Assembly: GCA_963719495.1 (NCBI GenBank)
Contig: CAVRCI010000007.1
Location: 128,001 to 192,000, forward strand
Direction: 5' to 3'
Source of the DNA: an uncultured Verrucomicrobiae bacterium
GTDB taxonomy: Bacteria; Verrucomicrobiota; Verrucomicrobiia; Chthoniobacterales; JAATET01
DNA: 64,000 nucleotides
Shown: positions 10,011 through 20,171 of the stretch, piece by piece
Position numbering within the stretch: position 1 is the stretch's first letter
Layout: every line of letters begins with the position of its first letter
Notes under the pieces: model-generated
The model's input: the letters and a program-made list of their open reading frames with translations, nothing else
Told to the model about the DNA's origin: nothing
Databases searched by the model: none
Program-made: the position numbers and the translations under genes

Positions 10011-11339
10011 ATGGAACGGATCGCCCCGCTCGCTTCGAACGAACGATCCGCCCCCCAGCGGTCGGGATTCCGTGCCGAAGCCAACTGCCTTCGCCTGAAT
10101 CATCGGCTCGTTTCGCCCGTCACCGTCGAACTCCGCGGTCGCGTCTTCCCGGCGCGGGACTGGTCACCAGCCGGGATCTTCCTCGTCGACCGCGACCGCG
10201 ATCTGGAGCCGCTCGACGCGGAATCCGCCGAGATCCGGCTTCCCTGCGTCGACGGCGAACTCCGGATCGCCGCCACCCTCGAACTCGTCCGGTCAGTCGC
10301 CGACGGCTTCGGTTTCCGGATCAAGACGAACCCACGCCGCGAGGCGCGCATTCTGGCCCGATACGCCGAAGAAATCGAGACCGGCGTCCCCCCGTCGCTC
10401 GACGATCTGGAGGACGCGGCGAAATCGGAGGAACCATCCGCCACCAATCCGACCGATCCATCCTCACCGATCCCGTCCCCGGGCACCCCCCCTCCCCGCT
10501 GGTCGACGAAGCATTGGCTGCTCGCGGGCGCTTTCGCTCTTGTCATCGTGGCGCTGGCGTCCGCCGTCCTCCCGTCGTTCCTCACCCGCTTCGTTTCCCG
10601 ACTCAGCGAACCTGAACATTACAAATTGGTCGCCGCGTCGCGGGTTCGCTCGGCCGAACTCGCCGTCCACGACATCGACGGCAAGATCCGCACCGCCAAA
10701 TCGCTTCTCGGCGAGGACGGCAATCCGTCCGCCAAAGTCCGCCTCACCTCCGAGCAGGAACAGCTCCTCCGCCTCGGCGTCGACCAACTCGAATCCGAGC
10801 GCGAACGCCTTCTCGTCCACCTCAAGATCCTGCGCTCGAACGCCGACTCGGTCGGGCGCGGCGACTTCTTTTACGAACAATCCACTCTCGCCGCCTACGG
10901 TGTCGAGTCCGGCAGTGACCCCGCTCCCTACCTCACCGACGTCCTGGCGGACGTGGCCGCGAGCGCCCGCCTCCGCCCCCAAGCCCCCGAGGACATTGAG
11001 AAATTCCTGCTCGTCGCCCGCGGCCGCGTCGAGCAAGCGGAACACGAATTCCGTTCCTTCACAATCCAACGCACCGCCCTCGAAAAAATCCTCGAGCGAT
11101 CCGTCGCCGGGGAGCGCGTCGGCTCCATGCCCTTCAACGCGCTGGAACTCATGCGGCGGGACATCGCGCTACTGGAGGTCAGCGAAGCCCAATCGAAAGC
11201 CACGCTCCGGCTCCTCCGTGAGAATCTCGCCGCCGTGAGCCGGGGCGATCTCACCTTCGAGATCAACCTGCTGGACCGCTTCGACCCCCGACCCTCCAGT
11301 CAGCCCATCCCCGTCTCGGCCGGATCGCTCCATCGATGA
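10011..11339 (+). CDS. Alg44-like PilZ-domain membrane-anchored co-polymerase
   Basis: PilZ motifs RLNHR (RxxxR) and DWSPAG (DxSxxG), one TM helix, helical C-terminal region; 4-bp overlap with the Alg8-like gene. Confidence 0.75.
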   Translation: MERIAPLASNERSAPQRSGFRAEANCLRLNHRLVSPVTVELRGRVFPARDWSPAGIFLVDRDRDLEPLDAESAEIRLPCVDGELRIAATLELVRSVADGFGFRIKTNPRREARILARYAEEIETGVPPSLDDLEDAAKSEEPSATNPTDPSSPIPSPGTPPPRWSTKHWLLAGAFALVIVALASAVLPSFLTRFVSRLSEPEHYKLVAASRVRSAELAVHDIDGKIRTAKSLLGEDGNPSAKVRLTSEQEQLLRLGVDQLESERERLLVHLKILRSNADSVGRGDFFYEQSTLAAYGVESGSDPAPYLTDVLADVAASARLRPQAPEDIEKFLLVARGRVEQAEHEFRSFTIQRTALEKILERSVAGERVGSMPFNALELMRRDIALLEVSEAQSKATLRLLRENLAAVSRGDLTFEINLLDRFDPRPSSQPIPVSAGSLHR

Positions 11340-12859
11340 GCGCCACCGTCGACTCCGCGATCATCGATCCGTCGGACGACAGCGAATCCGTTCCCCCAAC
11401 CCACTCGGTCGAATCGTTTCCGCGGTTCGTCGCCCAGGCCTGTCTCCATCTGCTCGTCGCGTGGCTCGCCTGGGAGTGCGCCCTGCTCACCTCGCCCGAC
11501 CGCGATCACCACCTGTCTTTCGGCATCCTCGGCGCGCTCGGGATCTGGCGCTACGGCTGGCTCATCACGAACGTGGTGCGATCCTGGCTCTATCGATACA
11601 TCAGTTTTCCCGCCCTACGGCGACGCGCGGATGCCGTGCCGTCCGCCGCAGCGTTTCCCGCTCAACTCCACGTCATCATCCCCACCTACCGCGAGCACCC
11701 CTGGGTGACCGAGAAGATGCTTCATTCCGTCCTCACGGAATTGTCCACCTTCCCCGGGCGGAAGAGCATTTACCTCACGACCGGTTCCGCGCACGAGGAC
11801 GCCGTCGCCCGCCGCATCGTCGAGTCGGGGGCGCACGATGAGAGTCTGCGACTCACCCTTCTCCGGCAAAACGGCAAACGATCCGGAATGGCCTTCGCCC
11901 TCCGAGCCGCCGCCCGTGCCAACGGCGATACCCAATCCTGCGTGGTCATGATGGACGGCGACACCGTGCTGGCACCGGGCGTCATCCGCCGCTCGCTCCC
12001 GTTTTTTGCGTTCCTCGACCGACTGGGCGCGCTCACGACGAACAACACCGCCGTCACCCGGGGACCGTCCTGGTATCGGAGTTGGTATTCGCTCCGTTTC
12101 GCCCTTCGCAACCGCTACATGTGCTCTGCGAGCCTCTCCCGACGGGTCCTCACGCTCACCGGCCGATTCTCCATCTTCCGCGGGGATCTCGTGTTAACCG
12201 AGTCATTCATTGCCCGTCTGGAGCGCGACGGCACCGACGACTGGCTCCACGGACGGATCGAATTCAAGACCGGGGACGACAAGAGCACCTGGTACGAATT
12301 GCTGCGCGAGGGGTGGGAGATGCTCTACGTGCCAGACACCACGATTCTGTGCCTGGAAAATGCCGGGGCCGCCCCGTTCGCCGAGAGCCTCGAAAAGATG
12401 CGCCGATGGTTCGGCAACATGCTCCGAAACAACGGACGCGCCCTCGCCGTCGGCCCCGCTCGCACCGGCTGGTTCGTCTGGTTCATGCTGCTCGATCAAC
12501 GAATCTCGATGTGGACGAGCCTCGTCCTCCCCGTCACCGTGATTCTGCTCTGCTTCGTCTTTTCGCCGGTTGCCATCCTCTTCGCTTTCGCTTGGGTCGT
12601 CGCGACGCGATTTCTTTACGTCTGCTCCCTCGTCGTCGAAGGCCATCACTTGAGCGCGCTCGACGTGCCGCTCCTCGTCTTCCAACAATGGGGCGGATCC
12701 TTCATGAAGATCGTCGCCTTCTCCGACCTTCGCCGACAACGCTGGGCCGCCACCCGCGAGGATCGCCACTCGGGCGATTCACCCTGGTTCTCCTATCTCC
12801 AAACCGGACTTTGGTTGAGCCTCTTCGTGCTCGTCACCGCCGTCGTCGTCCTGACCTGA
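11336..12859 (+). CDS. alg8: Alg8-like GT2 (mannuronan-synthase family)
   Basis: GIWRYGW, GKRSGMA, MDGDT, LTGRFSIFR, TGDDKSTWY, RRWFGNMLR and LDQRISMWTSL motifs characteristic of Alg8. Confidence 0.85.
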   Translation: MSATVDSAIIDPSDDSESVPPTHSVESFPRFVAQACLHLLVAWLAWECALLTSPDRDHHLSFGILGALGIWRYGWLITNVVRSWLYRYISFPALRRRADAVPSAAAFPAQLHVIIPTYREHPWVTEKMLHSVLTELSTFPGRKSIYLTTGSAHEDAVARRIVESGAHDESLRLTLLRQNGKRSGMAFALRAAARANGDTQSCVVMMDGDTVLAPGVIRRSLPFFAFLDRLGALTTNNTAVTRGPSWYRSWYSLRFALRNRYMCSASLSRRVLTLTGRFSIFRGDLVLTESFIARLERDGTDDWLHGRIEFKTGDDKSTWYELLREGWEMLYVPDTTILCLENAGAAPFAESLEKMRRWFGNMLRNNGRALAVGPARTGWFVWFMLLDQRISMWTSLVLPVTVILLCFVFSPVAILFAFAWVVATRFLYVCSLVVEGHHLSALDVPLLVFQQWGGSFMKIVAFSDLRRQRWAATREDRHSGDSPWFSYLQTGLWLSLFVLVTAVVVLT

Positions 12860-12891
12860 AAAAGCCGCCGACGCCTCACGCCGTCAGACCG

Positions 12892-13533
12892 TCAATACCG
12901 GATCGCAACCGGCATGCCGACTTCCGCCGCCGCGAAGAAATCCTGAATCACCGTCTTGCTCACCCGGATGCAACCGTGCGACGCGGGCTGGCCCGGCACC
13001 GGGATCGGACCCTGGTGCATCCCCACGCCACCCGACGTCAAGCGCATCCAATAGGGCATCTTCGCCCCGTCGAAATAACCACCCGGCGGCGGCACGTCGG
13101 TGCGCGCATCCGCGTCGTAATTGATCACGTTGCCGTTCGCGTCGTAGATCCAGCCGTAGAGGTTCGACGACTTGTCGACGATCTTCTCCATCACGTTGAA
13201 ATTCCCCGCCGGCGTCCCGTAGTTCTCCTTGCCCGTCGCCACGAGGCCCACCCCCGCGAGCCGGTCGCCCTGGTAGAAGTAAGCCCGCTGCTCGGAAAGA
13301 TTGATCACCATCGATGGCCGACCGGCGTAGGCCGGCGGATCCCCATCCCAATAGCTGATGTCGTCGTTCACCTCGGTCTGCCCGGTCGCGCCCGTGTTCT
13401 GATACTGCGTCTCGAACTCCCCGCCAAGGTAGGGCGTGTTGTAATACCCTCCGCCGCAACCGGTCAGAACCACCGTCGCGAACCCAACGAGAGCAAAAAT
13501 CCGAGCCGGGCGATCGAGAACCGAAAAGAACAT
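12892..13533 (-). CDS. L,D-transpeptidase (YkuD family) lipoprotein
   Basis: Lipobox LTGC; INLSEQRAY, TPAGNF, GMHQG...ASHGCIR catalytic motif. Confidence 0.9.
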   Translation of the reverse strand: MFFSVLDRPARIFALVGFATVVLTGCGGGYYNTPYLGGEFETQYQNTGATGQTEVNDDISYWDGDPPAYAGRPSMVINLSEQRAYFYQGDRLAGVGLVATGKENYGTPAGNFNVMEKIVDKSSNLYGWIYDANGNVINYDADARTDVPPPGGYFDGAKMPYWMRLTSGGVGMHQGPIPVPGQPASHGCIRVSKTVIQDFFAAAEVGMPVAIRY

Positions 13534-13582
13534 GCGAAGGCATTAGCACACCAAATGCGCCAGCGCCACCACGGCCACCGAA

Positions 13583-14275
13583 TTATTTCGCGCCCTTCCG
13601 CTCGCCAAAGATCGCGGTTCCCACCCGCACGAGCGTCGCGCCTTCGTCGATGGCGACGCCGTAATCCCCGCTCATCCCCATCGACAAAGCCGAAAACGGC
13701 AACCCGGTCTCCGCGGCCAGCGCATCGCGCAATTCCCGGAGTTCCCGAAAAAACGGCCGCGAGGCCTCCGCTTCCTCCGAGTAGGGCGCCAGCGTCATCA
13801 GCCCCTCGATCTGCAACCGCTTCAACCCCAGCAGCGCGTCAAGATCCCGCCGCAACCCGTCCGGCGAGAACCCATACTTCGACGACTCGCCCGCGACGTT
13901 CACCTCGATCAACACCCGCGGAAAGAGCCCCTCCTCCTCCGCGATCCGATCAATCGACTCCGCCAGATCGAGCGAGTCCATCCCGTGAAACAACTCGATG
14001 CCCGCCAGCACGCGCCGAATTTTGTTCTTCTGCAAATGCCCGATGAAGTGCCACCGCGCACCCGCCGGCATCTCCGGCCGCTTCGCCAGCACCTCCTGCA
14101 CGCGACTCTCGCCGAAGACCCGCTGACCCGCGTCGAACGCCTCGCGCAGCGCTTCGACCGGCTTGCGCTTCGACACGGCGATCAGTTCGACGTCGTCCGC
14201 CGACCGACCCGCCGCCTCACACGACGCCGCCACCCGCCCACGCACGGCGGCAAGATCATCGGAGATTTGTGACAT
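13583..14275 (-). CDS. yggS: PLP homeostasis protein, YggS family
   Basis: LIAVSK, FGESRVQE, WHFIGHLQKNK, LSMGMSGDY, VRVGTAIFG; start ATG 14275. Confidence 0.95.
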   Translation of the reverse strand: MSQISDDLAAVRGRVAASCEAAGRSADDVELIAVSKRKPVEALREAFDAGQRVFGESRVQEVLAKRPEMPAGARWHFIGHLQKNKIRRVLAGIELFHGMDSLDLAESIDRIAEEEGLFPRVLIEVNVAGESSKYGFSPDGLRRDLDALLGLKRLQIEGLMTLAPYSEEAEASRPFFRELRELRDALAAETGLPFSALSMGMSGDYGVAIDEGATLVRVGTAIFGERKGAK

Positions 14276-14301
14276 TAGAAAAATAAATGAAGGTGATATT
14301 T

Positions 14302-14320
14302 CTATTAGTTCGTCTAATAG
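14302..14320. promoter_or_regulatory. Palindromic putative LysR operator
   Basis: CTATTAG-ttcgt-CTAATAG with perfect 7-bp arms containing T-N11-A, in the 58-bp AT-rich spacer between divergent yggS and the LysR gene. Confidence 0.6.
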
Positions 14321-14333
14321 TAGTCCAAACGGC

Positions 14334-15227
14334 ATGCAAATCGAATCCTTCAAGATCTTCCGCGATCTCGTCGAAGCCGCGAGCTTTTCCAAGGCCGCCG
14401 AGGCGAATGGCATCACCCAAAGCGCGGTCAGCCAACAGGTTCGCGCCATCGAAAGGAAATTTGACGTCCGTCTCATCGAGCGCGGCCACCGTGATTTCGC
14501 CCTCACCGACGAGGGCCAAGCCTTCCTCGCCGCCAGCCGCGATATCCTCGAAGCCTACGAGGACCTCGGCAACCGCATCGCGTCCATCCAGCACGTCGTC
14601 GGAGGCGAGATCCGCGTGGCGACCGTCCTCAGCATCGGCCTGCACGAGTTTCCGACCCACCTCCGCGCCTTTCGCAAAGCCCACCCGCAGGTCGACGTCA
14701 AGGTGACCTACTGCCGCTCCAACGAAGTCTACGAGGCGCTCGAAGCCGGCGAGTGCGACCTCGGCCTCGTCGCCTATCCGTCCCGCCGCCCCGGTCTCCG
14801 CCCGTTCACGTTCTGGCGCGACAATCTCGTCGTCATCTGCCCGCCCGGCCACCCGCTCGCCGAGCGCACCAGCGTCCGCCTCCGCGATCTCGCCGACCAC
14901 AAATTCGTCGCCTTCGAGCCCGACCTTCCCACCCGCAAGGAAATCGACAAACGCCTCCGCCAACAAAAAGTGAAGATCAAACCGATCCTGGAATTCGACA
15001 ACATCGAGACGGTCAAGCGCGCCGTCGAGATCGAGCAGGCGATCTCGATCGTCCCCGAGATCACCGTCCGCGACGAGGTCCGCGGCAGCGCCCTCGTCGC
15101 CCTCGAGATCGACGAGCCCGAAATGTGGCGCCCCCTCGGAGGCCTCGTCCGCCGCTCGGTCTCCCACTCCCCCGCGCTCACCGAGCTCCTCGCGATGCTT
15201 GAAAAAAGCAATCTCGGCGAGGCATAA
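14334..15227 (+). CDS. LysR-family transcriptional regulator
   Basis: SFSKAAEANGITQSAVSQQVRAIE HTH plus substrate-binding domain; start ATG 14334. Confidence 0.95.
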   Translation: MQIESFKIFRDLVEAASFSKAAEANGITQSAVSQQVRAIERKFDVRLIERGHRDFALTDEGQAFLAASRDILEAYEDLGNRIASIQHVVGGEIRVATVLSIGLHEFPTHLRAFRKAHPQVDVKVTYCRSNEVYEALEAGECDLGLVAYPSRRPGLRPFTFWRDNLVVICPPGHPLAERTSVRLRDLADHKFVAFEPDLPTRKEIDKRLRQQKVKIKPILEFDNIETVKRAVEIEQAISIVPEITVRDEVRGSALVALEIDEPEMWRPLGGLVRRSVSHSPALTELLAMLEKSNLGEA

Positions 15228-15296
15228 TCTTCAACGCGACGAGCTCCGTCGCTTTGTCACCCCCCACCAATCACTACTCACCAGTCACCCATCACA

Positions 15297-16175
15297 ATGA
15301 GCGAAGCGAATCAACCCCCCCCCGCCATCGCCGTCATCGGCGGCTCCGGCCTCTACGAAATCGACGGCTTTCAGGAGGACAAACACTACGAAGTCGAGAC
15401 GCCCTTCGGCGACCCGTCCGACTCCATCGTCGGCGGCACCCTCCACGGACGCACCGTCTACTTTCTCCCCCGTCACGGCCGCGGCCACACGATCGCCCCG
15501 CACGAGATCAATCACCGGGCCAACATCTACGCGCTCCGCACGCTCGGCGTCCGCTGGATCATCAGCGCCGCCGCCGTCGGCAGTCTCCAGGAGCGCTTCG
15601 AGCCGCGGGACGTCGTCCTGCCCGCCCAATTTTTCGACCGTTCCAGCCAGCGCGCCGACCACACGTTCTTCGGCTCCGGCGTCGTCGCCCACATCAGCTT
15701 CGCCGAACCCACCTCGCCGAATCTCCGCCAACTCCTCGCCCAGACCTGCTCGTCCCTCGGGAAAAAGTATCACTCCGGCGGCACCTACGTCCAAATGGAC
15801 GGCCCGGCCTTCTCGACCCGGGCCGAGTCCGAGACCAACCGCGGCCTCGGCTTCGACATCATCGGAATGACCGTCCTCCCCGAAGCCAAGCTCGCCCGTG
15901 AAGCCGAGATCGCCTTCGCCTGCATGGCCATGGTCACCGATTACGATTGCTGGCGCGTCACCGAAGACGCCGTCACGGTCGAATCCGTCGTCGCCCACCT
16001 CGCGGCCAACGCCGACACCGCCCGCGACGTCCTCGCCCACGTGATCCCGCGCATCCCCGAGACTCCCGAATGGCCGCCCCACTCCGCGCTCGACGACGCG
16101 ATCGTCACGCCGCGCGAACATTGGTCCGAGGATGCGATTGATCGATTGCAAATCATCCTCGATCGGTTCTTGTAG
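15297..16175 (+). CDS. mtnP: S-methyl-5'-thioadenosine phosphorylase
   Basis: IGGSGLY, PRHGRGH, GPAFSTRAES, IGMT..PEAKLARE, VTDYDCW. Confidence 0.93.
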   Translation: MSEANQPPPAIAVIGGSGLYEIDGFQEDKHYEVETPFGDPSDSIVGGTLHGRTVYFLPRHGRGHTIAPHEINHRANIYALRTLGVRWIISAAAVGSLQERFEPRDVVLPAQFFDRSSQRADHTFFGSGVVAHISFAEPTSPNLRQLLAQTCSSLGKKYHSGGTYVQMDGPAFSTRAESETNRGLGFDIIGMTVLPEAKLAREAEIAFACMAMVTDYDCWRVTEDAVTVESVVAHLAANADTARDVLAHVIPRIPETPEWPPHSALDDAIVTPREHWSEDAIDRLQIILDRFL

Positions 16176-16195
16176 TGCCCATCGCTTTTCGCACC

Positions 16196-17044
16196 ATGTC
16201 CATTCGTCTCCTGCGCGGCACCGGCACCGCCATTCTCCTCACCCTTGCCGCCTGTCAATCCGTCCACACGCAGACGGAACCCGAGGTCGTCCCGGCGAAT
16301 CCCGACGCGACCCCGATCAGCCTCTCGCTCAATCCCGAGCCCACCACCGCCGAAACAGTCGGCTCCCTGACCCCGACCGCCTCGGCAACCCCGTCCCCGA
16401 CGCCGACGGCCACGCCGATCTCGACGCCCAAGCCCCCCCGACACGCTTACAATTCCGTCGAGACGGATCGGAAGATCCTGGCCATGACCTTCGACGACGG
16501 CCCCCACCCCAAGCTCACGCCCCAGCTCCTCGACATTCTCAAGGAGCGCAACATCAAGGCGACCTTCTACGTCGTCGGCACAAACGTCGTCGAATACCCC
16601 GCCATCATCGAACGCATGATCGCCGAGGGTCACGAGATCGGGAACCACACTTGGAACCACCCCACCCTCACCAAAATCGGGGCTGCCGGAGTCAAAAGCC
16701 AGATGGACCGCACCACCGACGCCATCGTCAAAACTTCCGGCGTCCGCCCAGCCACCATGCGTCCCCCCTACGGAGCCACCAACGCGAGCCTCAACAAACG
16801 GCTCGACGAGGACTACGGCTTCAAAGTCATCATGTGGTCCGTCGACCCGCTCGATTGGAAATATCGCAATGCCGACCGCGTCACCCGCGAGATCCTGGCC
16901 GGAGCCACCCCCGGCGGCATCATCCTCGTCCACGACATCCACGCAAGTTCCGTCGCCGCCATGCCCGGCACCCTCGACGCTCTCAAAGCTCGAGGCTACG
17001 AATTCGCCACCGTCTCCGAGCTCCTGAAAATGGACGGTCAATAG
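16196..17044 (+). CDS. Polysaccharide deacetylase (CE4/NodB) lipoprotein
   Basis: Lipobox LAAC, Pro/Thr linker, TFDDGP, GNHTWNH, RPPYG, LVHDIH. Confidence 0.92.
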   Translation: MSIRLLRGTGTAILLTLAACQSVHTQTEPEVVPANPDATPISLSLNPEPTTAETVGSLTPTASATPSPTPTATPISTPKPPRHAYNSVETDRKILAMTFDDGPHPKLTPQLLDILKERNIKATFYVVGTNVVEYPAIIERMIAEGHEIGNHTWNHPTLTKIGAAGVKSQMDRTTDAIVKTSGVRPATMRPPYGATNASLNKRLDEDYGFKVIMWSVDPLDWKYRNADRVTREILAGATPGGIILVHDIHASSVAAMPGTLDALKARGYEFATVSELLKMDGQ

Positions 17045-17233
17045 GCCGCCCGGGGAGCGCGACCTTCCAGGTCGCCGCTCCGAGCTTCCAGCTCGGGGCC
17101 AAGTAACCAAAGGCAAAGCCTCAAACCCGCCACGCAAGGACCAGGGATCGCAAGCGTCCCACCGCGGCACCGCATCACCCCCGCAAGTCGAGCGAAGCGA
17201 GAGAGCCGAACCAAAGAGCGCCGCGCCGCAAGC

Positions 17234-18358
17234 TCACCCCAGCGCCCACTGCAACATCGGAGTGTAAAGCTCCGGCTCCAGCAAAAACGAGTCGTGCCCC
17301 TTCTCGGAGTGGACCGTCATTCGCACCGTTTCCACCCCAGCCGCCTTCAGCACCGCCACCATCTCCGCCTGCTCCTCCGGATAAAACGAAACGTCCGAAT
17401 CGATCGAAAACGTCAAATACCGCTGACCCCCACACCGCCCAAAAAGCTCCCCCAGATCCGCCGCCCCCGACCCCGCCAGCAGATCGAACCGCTGCCACGC
17501 CTCCAGGATCCGCAGATACGAATTCGCGTCGAAGCGCCGAACGAACTTCCGACCCTGGTGCAGCATGTAGGATTCCTCCGGCGAACTCACCCCGTAGCTC
17601 GTTAGCTCCCCACCGCCCCGCACCACCTCGCCCCGAGCCCGTTCGGTCAAGGTCCGCAACGAAATGAACGTCTTGTGTGCGATCATCCGCGCCAGCGCCA
17701 GACCCCGATCCGGCCGCTCCCCATTGTAGTAGTCCCCGCCCGCAAAAGCCGGATCCGCCTCGATCGCAAAAGCCTGCTCCAGATTCAAAATCCGCTGCAA
17801 CGGGGTCACCGCCAACCCCGTGCTGATCGGAATCACCGTTCGCACCCGGTCCGGCCAACGCGTCGCCAACTCCAGCGCCAACATCCCACCGACCGAAGCC
17901 CCCACCGTCGCGTGCAATCGACCGATGCCCAGCGAATTCACCAGCGCCATCTGCGACGCCACGATGTCCGTCAAAGTGATCCTCGGGAAGGTCGATCCGT
18001 AAGCCGAGCCGGTCGCCGGATCGACGCTCGCCGGCCCCGTCGACCCGTAGCATCCGCCAAGGTAGTTCGCGCAGATGACGAAGAACTTCCGCGTATCAAG
18101 CGCCTTCCCTTCACCGACGAAGCCGTCCCACCACCCCTCACGGCACTCCTCCGTCCAGAGCTCCCCGACTCCCGGGACGCCCTCGCGCCACCCCGCCGCG
18201 TGTTGACTCCCCGTCATCGCGTGAAAGACGAGCACGGCATTATCCCGAGCCGCGTTCAGCTCGCCGTACGTCTCGTAAGCGACCTCGAAGCCCGCGAGCG
18301 CCGGACCGGAAGTCAGCCGCAAAGCCTCCTCCGACCGAAAGACGCCCGCTCGCATCAC
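17234..18358 (-). CDS. metX: Homoserine O-acetyltransferase
   Basis: AYETYGELN, HAMTGS, GASVGGM nucleophile elbow, GHDSFLLE. Confidence 0.93.
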   Translation of the reverse strand: MMRAGVFRSEEALRLTSGPALAGFEVAYETYGELNAARDNAVLVFHAMTGSQHAAGWREGVPGVGELWTEECREGWWDGFVGEGKALDTRKFFVICANYLGGCYGSTGPASVDPATGSAYGSTFPRITLTDIVASQMALVNSLGIGRLHATVGASVGGMLALELATRWPDRVRTVIPISTGLAVTPLQRILNLEQAFAIEADPAFAGGDYYNGERPDRGLALARMIAHKTFISLRTLTERARGEVVRGGGELTSYGVSSPEESYMLHQGRKFVRRFDANSYLRILEAWQRFDLLAGSGAADLGELFGRCGGQRYLTFSIDSDVSFYPEEQAEMVAVLKAAGVETVRMTVHSEKGHDSFLLEPELYTPMLQWALG

Positions 18359-18387
18359 TTAATTCTTAATTCTTAAAAACTTAAAAC

Positions 18388-19668
18388 TCATCCAGCCGCC
18401 GCCACGGCCAAAGCCTGATCGAGATCAGCAATGATGTCGTCGACATGCTCCAACCCGACCGACAGCCGCACCAGCTCGGGCTTGATCCCACCCGCCGTCT
18501 GCTGCTCGACCGTCATCTGCGAATGCGTCGTCGTCGCCGGATGGATCGCCAGACTCTTCGCGTCGCCGACGTTCGCCAGGTGCGAGAAGAGCTTTAGAGC
18601 TTCGATGAATTTCGACCCCGCCGCCGCGCCGCCTTTGATCCCAAACACGACCATCGATCCGCCGCGGCCGCCGAGGTATTTCTCGCACTTCTCCGGCTCG
18701 TCGAAGAGCGGATACCGAACCCACTCGACGCCCGCCTTGTTCTGAAGGTGCTTTGCAACCGCCAGCCCGTTCTCGCAGTGCCGGTCCATTCTAAGCGGCA
18801 GGGTCTCGATTCCCTGCAAAAACATCCACGCGTTGTCCGGCGTCGTGCACGCGCCGAGATTGCGCAGCGGGATCACCCGCATGCGCAGAATGTAGGCGAC
18901 CGGTGCCAGCATCTCGGGCAGATCGTGCGCCCAGCGGACGCCGTGGTAGCTCGGCTCCGGCTCCGTCATGAGCGGAAATTTGTCGTTCTGCTTCCAATCG
19001 AATTTGCCCGAGTCGACCACGATGCCGCCGATCCCGGTCCCGTGGCCGCCAAGCCATTTCGTAAGCGAATACACCACGATGTCCGCACCGTGCGCCGTCG
19101 GGCTTTCCAGATAAGGCGTCGTAAACGTCCCGTCCACGATGAGCGGAATTCCGTTCTCGTGCGCGATCGCCGCGATGGCCTCGATGTCCGCCACGTTCAG
19201 CGCCGGATTGCTCACCGTCTCGCAGAAGAGCGCCTTCGTTTTTGGCGTGATCGCTTTCCGATAATTTTCCGGATCGCGCCCGTCGACGAAATTCACCTTG
19301 ATCCCGAACTGCGGCAGGATGTCGTTGAACTGCGTGTAACTCCCACCGTAAAGATCGTTCGCCGAGACGATCTCATCGCCCTGCTGGCAAATGTTCACGA
19401 TCGCATAGAAGACCGCCGTCGTGCCCGAAGCCACCGCCAGCGCCGCCGCTCCGCCCTCGAGTTCCGCCACGCGCTTCTCGAGCACGTCGTGCGTCGGATT
19501 CATCAGCCGCGTGTAAATGTTCCCCAGCTCGCGCAGGCCGAAGAGCGCCGCCGCGTGCTCGGTATTCTTGAATTGATAACCCGCGGTCCGGTGGATTGGC
19601 ACGCCCCGCGAAAGGGTCGTGGGATCGGCCTCGGTGCCACCATGCAAACAAACAGTCTCGAACTTCAT
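18388..19668 (-). CDS. metY: O-acetylhomoserine aminocarboxypropyltransferase
   Basis: GNIYTRLMNPT, YSLTKWLGGHG PLP lysine, HLANVGDAKSL.IHPATTTH; start ATG 19668. Confidence 0.93.
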   Translation of the reverse strand: MKFETVCLHGGTEADPTTLSRGVPIHRTAGYQFKNTEHAAALFGLRELGNIYTRLMNPTHDVLEKRVAELEGGAAALAVASGTTAVFYAIVNICQQGDEIVSANDLYGGSYTQFNDILPQFGIKVNFVDGRDPENYRKAITPKTKALFCETVSNPALNVADIEAIAAIAHENGIPLIVDGTFTTPYLESPTAHGADIVVYSLTKWLGGHGTGIGGIVVDSGKFDWKQNDKFPLMTEPEPSYHGVRWAHDLPEMLAPVAYILRMRVIPLRNLGACTTPDNAWMFLQGIETLPLRMDRHCENGLAVAKHLQNKAGVEWVRYPLFDEPEKCEKYLGGRGGSMVVFGIKGGAAAGSKFIEALKLFSHLANVGDAKSLAIHPATTTHSQMTVEQQTAGGIKPELVRLSVGLEHVDDIIADLDQALAVAAAG

Positions 19669-19817
19669 AAAGGGAACATACGTTGGAACCCGCGATCCTG
19701 ACTCCATCCTCCGCCCCATCGCAACCAAAAGCCGTGTCATTGTCGGATCGCGGCCTGGGAAAAATTTCCCGCACGAGCCGCTTCCGTTTCGCGCCGAAAC
19801 GTGAAAGATTCCCCGCC

Positions 19818-20171
19818 ATGGATCAACCAGGCAGCATCAGTAACAGCCGCAACGTCCTCGGGGGCGACATCGAAATCAACGGCACGGTCAAATTTGGCAA
19901 CGAGCTCATCCTCGACGGAAAGGTCGACGGCGAAATCCTCTCCGACGGCGCGCTCACCATCGGCAAAAACGCCAAGGTCACCGGTGAGATCAAGACCGGC
20001 TCCGCCGTCGTCTACGGCACCGTCACCGGCAACATCACCGTCAAGGACCGCGCCGAGCTGAAAAGCTCCGCCCAGGTCGAAGGCGACCTCAAAGCCGCCC
20101 GGGTCGCCATCGAAGAAGGCGCCATCTTCATCGGAAAAAGTGAGATCAGCTCCCGCCCCGCGAAGAGCTGA
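19818..20171 (+). CDS. Bactofilin (polymer-forming cytoskeletal protein)
   Basis: Repeating IxGxVxGxI beta-helix pattern, IEEGAIFIG; start ATG 19818. Confidence 0.92.
   Translation: MDQPGSISNSRNVLGGDIEINGTVKFGNELILDGKVDGEILSDGALTIGKNAKVTGEIKTGSAVVYGTVTGNITVKDRAELKSSAQVEGDLKAARVAIEEGAIFIGKSEISSRPAKS

Noticed and set aside
7218..10103. 961-aa minus-strand ORF, and similar long ORFs such as 654..2942, 48885..51452 and 41733..43556
   Set aside because: Antisense shadows of well-supported genes in high-GC DNA, with no recognisable motifs
19669..19817. SAM riboswitch upstream of metY
   Set aside because: Short divergent spacer with no SAM-I or SAM-II core motifs that I could recognise
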